Below, one piece after another: positions 56,238 to 64,000 of a stretch of DNA of 64,000 nt (the stretch's first letter is position 1; each line of letters begins with the position of its first letter). Under the pieces are notes generated by a model that worked only from the letters and a program-made list of their open reading frames with translations, was not told where the DNA came from and did no database searches. The position numbers were made by a program, and so were the translations under genes. Source of the stretch: Eledone cirrhosa (taxonomy: Eukaryota). The stretch lies in contig OZ024747.1 of the NCBI GenBank assembly GCA_964016885.1, positions 82,088,001-82,152,000 of the forward strand. The letters run 5' to 3'.

Positions 56238-56371
56238 CAGGAAGCCTGATGATTTCTCCCGAAAGAAACAGTTCGAGTCCCGTAGAAGCATTTCTATATT
56301 AAATATTTATACTTTGCTTTGTATTGAGTACCTTACTTATTGTGGTTACCCCCGACTGAACCCGGGATAAA

Positions 56372-56374
<3 letters not shown>
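56238..56374 (+). mobile_element. HHR-bearing H1 element, truncated at stem I
   Basis: CTGATGA tttc tccc gaaa GAAA cag ttcgagtc ccg TA gaagc plus the H1 tail; microsatellite-flanked. Confidence 0.68.
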
Positions 56375-56412
<38 letters not shown>

Positions 56413-56804
56413 CTTGCAGCTTAATTGCTATAAATGAATATTTTGTCTCTCGTCTCTTACTCCACTGGATAGTGTTTGGCTTGTGTCAAACGTTGTGACC
56501 CCGGGTGGAATAGCAAATTGGTAGGGGTCGAAACTGCCAAAGTCCATCACAACGGGCGATGACCCCTGGAGTTTTGTGTCCGTTTGTATTTTTATTTTTA
56601 AAATATAATTTAAGGTCTCCCCTTAAAAATTTGTTTTTCGTTTTGTCTTGTTTCCGTTTGTTGTCCTGTCATGTCTTTGTTAATTTCCATAAGTTTATAT
56701 ATATATATAAATCATACACAAAACGCCAGTACCAACAGTATCTAAAGACATTTTTTCCAATTCCAACCCACCCGTCCCCTCAATCTATCTTATTTCTCAT
56801 AATT

Positions 56805-56840
56805 TCTTCTGATGAAGGACTATCGTCCGAAACGTTAAGA
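56805..56840 (+). ncRNA. Minimal hammerhead ribozyme (family H5), within a microsatellite-flanked element 56410-56918
   Basis: tctt CTGATGA a ggac tatc gtcc GAAA cg TT aaga; decayed relative at 46455-46492(-). Confidence 0.8.
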
Positions 56841-56931
56841 CCTCCTGCCTACTATATCAAGAATAGTCTTCCTTCCATATTCTGTACAGATCGTGTTGTT
56901 ATTTCTGTTTACCTTTAACACACACACACAT

Positions 56932-56970
<39 letters not shown>

Positions 56971-57076
56971 AACGAGTAGGACACCGACGGCTGAGCTCAA
57001 GCCGTTTCGACGGCTAATTCTGGACTGAATTAGCCGTCGAAACGGCTTGAGGTCAGCCGTCGGGGTCCTACTCGTT
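56971..57076. repeat. 50-bp-arm hairpin built from the 3' half of a hammerhead
   Basis: 48/50 arm complementarity, 6-nt loop; contains GAAA cggct tgaggtc agccg TC. Confidence 0.9.
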
Positions 57077-57158
57077 CCTATTACCCACTCTACTACCCTA
57101 AGTATTGAGTACTTTGGTGCGTTATGGTCCACCTGGTTCCTTACCACATTTCCTTCGT

Positions 57159-57195
<37 letters not shown>

Positions 57196-57368
57196 AAGTT
57201 CCAGGTTCAATCGGCCGTAACCACAGTTAGTAAGGTATTCAATACATTAATGATTTATTTTGAATGAAACAGTTTTAATCACGTAGAAGCCATTTTTATA
57301 TTAAACTTGATATATATATATACAATGATATTAAATAAATGGAAACTATATTTATAAAATCATATTTA

Positions 57369-57423
57369 TTCTATTATATATTTCAAGGGTACCAAAACTT
57401 TGGTACGCTATCATCAGATAAAA
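57369..57423 (-). ncRNA. Hammerhead ribozyme (family H4)
   Basis: Minus strand: ttttat CTGATGA tagcgtaccaaa gt tttggtaccctt GAAA tata TA atagaa; flanks match 34700-35050. Confidence 0.72.
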
Positions 57424-57653
57424 TACGAAGTGTGTTTTATACATTTTGACATAACCACGGAAAATATACCTTAACGGTCCTTGAATATTATACCCCAGAA
57501 ATCATGTCGAGTGCTCTGAATCAGTTATAAACATTTATATTTGTTGAATTACCAACAAATTGAATATCCCTTCTGCTTATATATATATATATATATAAAA
57601 TAATTAAGTCAAATATGTAAAATTTGGCTTCGTTTATTATAAATTATAGATAT

Positions 57654-57708
57654 ACTGCTATATATATTTCGGTGACAACCATCATTGGCTGTGACCTCTT
57701 CAGGCAGT
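57654..57708 (-). ncRNA. Hammerhead ribozyme (family H6), canonical core
   Basis: Minus strand: actgc CTGAAGA ggtcacagcca atga tggttgtcacc GAAA tatata TA gcagt. Confidence 0.85.
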
Positions 57709-58694
57709 CCGAATTGGTGTGGGAAATGACAGATACACATGTTGTTGAAGTATGTTTTACTCAGTCAATACATCGATATGTCCAGCTCCTGGTTGTGTTG
57801 TTATTCTTCTGAGGAACTAGAATCATATCGTATTTCGTCGAGTGCTCCAATCTGCATACTGAGGTGTCGGTAAACAACCAACATATACTCCCCCCCCCCC
57901 CCCCCCCAAAAAAAAAAATATATATATAAAGTTATATCTGTATAAATACAGAGTGAGTAACCCCAACCATGCATAAGAGAGGGAGGTCAGTGAATTTTAT
58001 GCCTGGCCAAACACTACAACAACTAACAACGGCAACAACAACACTAACAACACCAATCTATCTGAAGAGGGGAAGTAAAGATTAGGCTTTTTAGTTCTTT
58101 TTCAGAGACTAGACTGCTGGTATTTTCAACGGCTTTCAATTCTACTGATTCATTGTCTTTTTGAATTATTTAAAGATCATTAAGAGGCTAGCACTACTAT
58201 TGGATTTCTACTTTGAACTGTCAATCTTGAGAATATTGAGGTTGGGTACTAAATCTTGAAGATTTTATTCCATGATATTCTGCCCCTTCATCCTACTCAA
58301 ACTCTTCTTTGCTGTTCTGTTTGATGCTATGACCTTTGTTTGGGCTACTTAGTGTTATGACTGTTATAGCTGATTTTGTTTTGGGGTTTATTTTGGGTGG
58401 TTTTTTTTTTAGGAACGTTGGCACGGAAAAAACTCTTACAATCCCATTTTCCCATCTACAATATCAATTTGTTTTCTTCAAATTTTTGCATAGTTATATT
58501 TTACAGATATTATTCACTATTCACATTCTAGTCACTAAATTGAATAACTTCTTCTATGAAAAAAACTGTCATTTACTGCTTTGTCCATAATATTCACAAA
58601 GGCTATCATAAATCAAGTGTTAACGATTGGTTAAACATAATAGCAACAAAAATAATAACGGCACGAAGAAAATACTATTATAAATTACAAAAAT

Positions 58695-60075
58695 GAGTTC
58701 AAATCCCGCCGAGGTTTACTTTGCCTTTCATCCTTACAGGGTCGATAAAATAAAGTACCAGTAATGCACTGTTAATTGCTGGCCTTGTGCCTAAAGTAGA
58801 AACAATTATAAATTACAACAATAAAATGCAGCTTCTACGCCTAGAATTAATAATTGTTTCTACTTTTGGCACAAAGCCAGTAATTACCCCCAGTACATTA
58901 CTGGTGCTTTATTTTATCGACCCCGTAAGGATGAAAGGCAAAGTTAACCTCGGCGGAATTTGAACTCAGACCGTAAAGGGGCGTAACTCTAAACTGCATA
59001 GCATGGCGTCCGACTCTCCACTGATACGCAATCAATTAATAATAATCATCCTTTCTGATATTGGCACAAGATCAGGAAATTTAGGGGAAGGAAATAATCG
59101 ATAAATAACAAGAAAAACATCAACATTTATTATAATGGTTTCTAATTTAGACATAAGGTTAGAAATTTAGGGAGGTGGGAATGATTGATTGATTAAATTG
59201 ACCTCAGTATTTGACTGTTACTTTATTTTATTGACCCCCCCCCCCCCCGAAGAATGAAAAGAAAAATTAATCTCGGCAGGATTTGAAATCTGAACGTAAA
59301 GAACGGGAACAAATACAGTGAAGTATTTTGCCGGACACTCAAACAATTCTGTCAATCCACCGCCCAGACGACAACTACAACAATGACGACAACAATAGTG
59401 ATACCAATAACTATAATGTTGCTGCTTATGATGATAATAATAATGATTGTCTTTTTTGCAGTATGGGTAAATAATTGTTTCTACTTTTGGCACAAAGCCA
59501 ACAATTATCCCAGTGTATTACTGGTACTTTATTTTATCGACAACGTATGGATGAAAGGCAAAGTTAACCTCAGCGGAATTTCAACTCAGACCGTAAAGGG
59601 GCGTAACTCTATTCTGCAAAGCATGGCGTTACGATAATAAGGCAACTTACGAAAATGTGCTGCAAGTAACATGACAATGCTAGTTATATATCGAGTGACA
59701 AACAATATATACAATGATATATGACTGGACAATTGTTTTCCTCCGTAGATTCCTATACGTGACACTATGGCTGTTTAGAAATTGCACGGGTGATAGTATG
59801 ATGTCATTGTGTGTGTGTGGGGGGGGGGGGTTGATACTCTGTATGGTGTTTTAATGATGATGTCATTGTTTCTAATTTAAGTACAAGGCCAGCAATTGGG
59901 TGAGGTTTACGTCGATTATATCAATCCCTCTACTTGGCTGGTACTTTATTTTATAGAGCCGGGAAAGAATAAAGACAATGTTGGCCTCAGCTGGATTTGA
60001 ACTCGGAACGTAAAGAGCCAGAGCAAATAACGCAATGTCATTTTATTCGACGCTCTACCGAGTCTGCCAACCGCC
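58695..60075. mobile_element. Cluster of tRNA-derived SINE copies: 58695-58808(+), 58850-59028(-), 59136-59364(-), 59471-59628(-), 59866-60075(-)
   Basis: Family core and B box in each copy. Confidence 0.85.
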
Positions 60076-61090
60076 AAATCCTTGCTGTTACTTGTTCGAC
60101 ATTCTAACAATTCTGCCCAATAATGAAATAATAACAATAAGCAAATTTATGTTAAATTAAGTCACTTAGAGGAAAATATTCGTAACTGAAAGAACCCGCC
60201 ACCCACCCCCGGAAAAAACAGGCAGGTAACATTTATTGTATATATATATATATATATATATAAGTTGCTCTTGTTGTTGTTTGACCCCCAAGTCAGCTTT
60301 GATTAACCGACTATATATATATAGTTCCAGTTCTGAGCATCTTGTATTTTATTTAAATATCGCATATTTAGGGCTACACTATCCAATGTAATATTCTCTA
60401 ATTTAAGATGGGATAAGAGAGAGTTTAGCTACTATGTCTAGTACGTAGAGCCTCCTTCGTTTAGTTCGTTTTGAAATGAGTTATTATATATAGTAGAAAG
60501 GTCTAGGTTTATGGAGAAAAGTCATCTTCAGTAAGTGAAACAATGGAGCCATCTATGAGGAGTGTATCATTTCAGGCTACACTGATACTTAGTTATATTT
60601 AAACTTACTCCGAGAAAGGATTCACATTCTTCGTCTTTATCAATTGAAGATCGCTGGAAAATATTTAACATGACGTTTGTTGGTCTGGAGCAAACATGGA
60701 AAACTTTAAACATTTACCATAGAATACACTGTTGGAATAGTTAGAAATAGTTATATGTAAGAAATGAATATAAATTATGTAGTCGAAGACTTGAAAACTT
60801 TAAAGGGTTAAATATTGACAAGAGGGTTTATAGTCGGAACACCATATATAATAGCAATACATAGAATTGTCAGAAGCTGTCAGCTTCTGAGAGAGTTAAA
60901 GTATTAAATATTCGCAATGAATATGCAAATATTTCCCAGGAAAATGCTTAATATTTAGTTATTAGCTTTTGAGAAATGAGATATGACATGGGCGAAGTAT
61001 GAACATTGAATAGCGAGTAAGATGACTAAGGATATTTAGAATATTGATAATCCCAGTATACATTAATAGGTAAAATAAATGTTTTAAATC

Positions 61091-61253
61091 GAGCATGGGC
61101 AACCTTTTTCGAATAATGGACCGCATAAGGTAAAGTCCATCATAAGGCGGCCGCAATACTAAAATAAGTCAAGGTAATTTTTCGTTAGGCCTGTAATTCA
61201 GGAGGCCAAACAGGTCACATGTGGCACGAAGGCCGCATTTTCCCCCATGTTTG
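61091..61253. mobile_element. hAT-like MITE
   Basis: Imperfect TIRs gcatgggcaa / ttcccccatgt; subterminal ggccgca motifs. Confidence 0.5.
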
Positions 61254-61496
61254 TTTTCAATCATATATTTAATATATGATATGGAGGTAGATCTACCAGT
61301 CGCTATTTTTTGTGACAGAAACGGTTGTTATATCTTTAATGTTAGGTAAAACTTGTTAGTGAACATTACTAATCCTATTTGAATTACAGTCTTAGTAGTC
61401 AAACCGCGATCCTTGTCATAATCTCAAACTAATTCAGAAAATATTTTGAAGCGATTTAGCAATATAACTAACTTTCTCATGATTAAGCTGGTATTT

Positions 61497-61714
61497 AAGG
61501 ATAGTGGATTGACAGAGTCATTAGAACGTTGGATAAAGTGCTTTGAAGCATCGAGTTACGACTCTACGTTCTGAGTTCAAATTCCGCTGAGGTCAACTTT
61601 GCCTTTCATCCTTAAGGAGTCGATAAAATAAAAATACCGCTAAAATAATGAGACTGATTTACTCGAATTATCCCTGCAACAAATTGTTAATTTGGGGCAT
61701 AAATTAGAAACTAT
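61497..61714 (+). mobile_element. tRNA-derived SINE, older copy
   Basis: gtggattgacagagtc...ctgagttcaaattcc...gcctttcatcct. Confidence 0.8.
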
Positions 61715-62576
61715 TATTGATCTCGTTTATGGAGCATAATTTAGCAAAGGCCCTTAAATAAATTTTTATGGAAATATTTTAGACAAAAATAAACAACTTA
61801 GTGTTGTATAACCACGAGCGGTTTCAAACAAGCGGTTTTAAAAGATGATTAAGTTTATGGAAAACTTAAATTTCTTTCGAAAATTCTCAGCAGGTAAAAC
61901 AAAAATAATTAATATTTAATGACACACAGCTGTTCAATTGAAAACAGTAACCAATTGATAGCAGCAATCAGTTGATGAGGTAAATGTTTATTTAGTTAGT
62001 CTCTTCACAGTTTGAACTAACTAACTCAGTCGCTTTTGAACTAACTAACTCTAAATCTTCTATACCTAGACGTACCCAGACATTTCCTCTAGTTCTATCA
62101 CTCTCACCTCGCCCCACCTCTCAGAAAGTACTCCAAATATTACACCCACTCCATATTTTCATAATCCGCAGATCTCTTTTTGCTTACAGTTTACCTGCAA
62201 ACACTGACTTACAAACGTTTAACCAGAACATCAACCGAATCATAGATGGGTTTATAGATGGGTTTATCCCCCCTTTTTCTGACTAATTTATAAATATAAG
62301 TTCGTATCTAAAAAAGAAAGCCAGAGTCCTATGGAAATTATGATAAAACATTTCTATAAACATAAACGGGCATAATGGAAATAGATGTAGGGGTGGGGAT
62401 GATACGGTTTAAAGAATTGAAACGAAAACAGGTGAGTGCCATTATTATTTTTTTTTTTACGACAGTAGAAAATGAAATGAAATAAACTATTATATTAGTT
62501 AGCAGTTGCACCAATATAGCGTGATTCACAATAGAGGTGTATATAAAGGCATAAACGATATGTTTATGCCTACTAA

Positions 62577-62616
<40 letters not shown>

Positions 62617-62675
62617 CAAGGCTCTGATACCATCAACGCTATAAACACAGAGCTGGCATATCTAAGAACTGACTA

Positions 62676-62731
62676 ACTGCCCGATGAGGTCATAGCCATT
62701 CAATGGCTATCATCGAAATATATATAGCAGT
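62676..62731 (+). ncRNA. Hammerhead ribozyme (family H6) with CCGATGA core, in a TA-flanked insert 62613-62776
   Basis: actgc CCGATGA ggtcatagccatt c aatggctatcatc GAAA tatata TA gcagt. Confidence 0.78.
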
Positions 62732-62772
62732 AAATAAAGGATTATGAGTTCATGCAATTTACTTATGTTTCG

Positions 62773-62808
<36 letters not shown>

Positions 62809-62895
62809 GGAAAATTTGAACAGGAACAAAACAGAGAGGCAGTACAACGAATGTTTATTAATTTCACGCTCGGGAGAGTGGGGTGGTGGTGCGGA

Positions 62896-62927
62896 ACGAC
62901 GTTTCGGGAATAAGCCCTTCCTCAGGT
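62896..62927 (-). ncRNA. Minimal hammerhead motif, weak stem I
   Basis: Minus strand: ac CTGAGGA a ggg cttatt ccc GAAA cg TC gt. Confidence 0.6.
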
Positions 62928-63844
62928 GAGAAGTGTGTGGGAAGAGAGTTCAAAGGGTGTGTAGGGGAGTGGTGGAGAGACATATAGCGAAAAGGGGGTG
63001 GGAGGAAACGGTGCGAATGAAATTAAAAATAAAAATAAAAATAAAGCATGATCAAAATAAAATGAAATGAAATAAAAATAAATATAAAAGCATGATCAAA
63101 ATAAACTGAAATTAAAAAGGGGGTAAAACAGGTGGTGGAAGGGTGTGGGGTGTGTAGGGGTGGTGGCGGGTGGACTGGGGAGAGAGAGACGGGGTGTCCG
63201 AGCGGGGAGGGCTGAAGGTGGTGTGTGTGTGTGTGTATGTGAAAGCAAGGGTTGGGGGAAGAACGGGGTTGCATGTTCAGGAAGAGGTGTGTGTGGGGTG
63301 GGGTGTAGGTCGGAGTGTGTGTGCGTGTGTGGATAGAGGGGTGGGGCGAGAGGAATCCGGAGGCTGAAGGTGTAAATATGTGGTGAAAAGCACGTGTGTG
63401 TGGGGTTTAGGCGTGTTGTGGGTGTAGGTGGCGTGTGGGAGAAAAAAAAATTTTTTGGGTGTGTGTGTGGGTGAGTTATATAGGTGATTCCGTAAGAGGA
63501 TGTGGTTGAAATGTTGGTATATATATAATGTAGGAGGTGAGTTTTATTGTAGCACAATAAAGCAATGCAAATATCGGATAAGTAGCACTCAACAGTTTAT
63601 TGGACTGGAGTATATTTTTCTCTGTGGAGACAGCGTTTTTCAGTTTAAATGTTTATCTCTCTCTCTTTTTCTCCTTTCTCTTTCTCTCTCCTTCCTCCTT
63701 CTTATACTCTTCCTCCGTTATCCTTTCCTACTCCCTTCCCTTTTTTCCAATCTCCTATATCCTTTTAAATTTATTTATCATATGTTGATTAGACACTACC
63801 TTGCTTACAAGTGTTTTTTTCTTAAGCTTCATATCATGTCTCCC

Positions 63845-63915
63845 TATTTTATCTGATGAGAACGCAAATATCGCCCCAGGATGATATTTGTTTTTGTAAT
63901 ACGCATAATAAAATA
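63845..63915 (+). ncRNA. Hammerhead (family H3), GAAA mutated to GTAA
   Basis: tattttat CTGATGA gaacgcaaatatc...gatatttgttttt GTAA tacgca TA ataaaata; 8-bp stem I. Confidence 0.68.
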
Positions 63916-63950
63916 CATGGAACTTTTCTAACCATCTTTTAATTTCTTCT

Positions 63951-63981
<31 letters not shown>

Positions 63982-64000
63982 ATGTATGTATATATATATA

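Noticed and set aside
61802-62350. Possible solo LTR (TG...CA, internal ttgaactaactaactc repeat)
   Set aside because: No matching target-site duplication and no second copy in the window

Overview
AT-rich, repeat-dense eukaryotic non-coding DNA. The repeat content suggests an invertebrate, probably an octopus-like cephalopod (inference only). No host gene can be firmly called; there are only three weak candidate exons. Main content: (1) very long (TA)n arrays, including about 7 kb at 32.8-40 kb; (2) an intact, probably full-length RTE LINE (minus strand, ~21904-26065) whose ORF has APE and RT domains with a PHD-type finger inserted inside the RT, plus three near-identical truncated copies, all abutting (TA)n; (3) other RTE and CR1 fragments, about 19 tRNA-derived SINE copies and several MITEs; (4) two Penelope-like elements (PLEs) with GIY-YIG remnants that form large inverted repeats; (5) about 18 minimal type-I hammerhead ribozyme (HHR) motifs from several families. 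Most HHRs sit near the ends of TA-embedded elements, often as outward-facing pairs or fold-backs, and some have non-canonical cores (CAGAAGA, CCGANGA). Most entries in the ORF track are microsatellite artefacts. All folding and alignment was done by eye.
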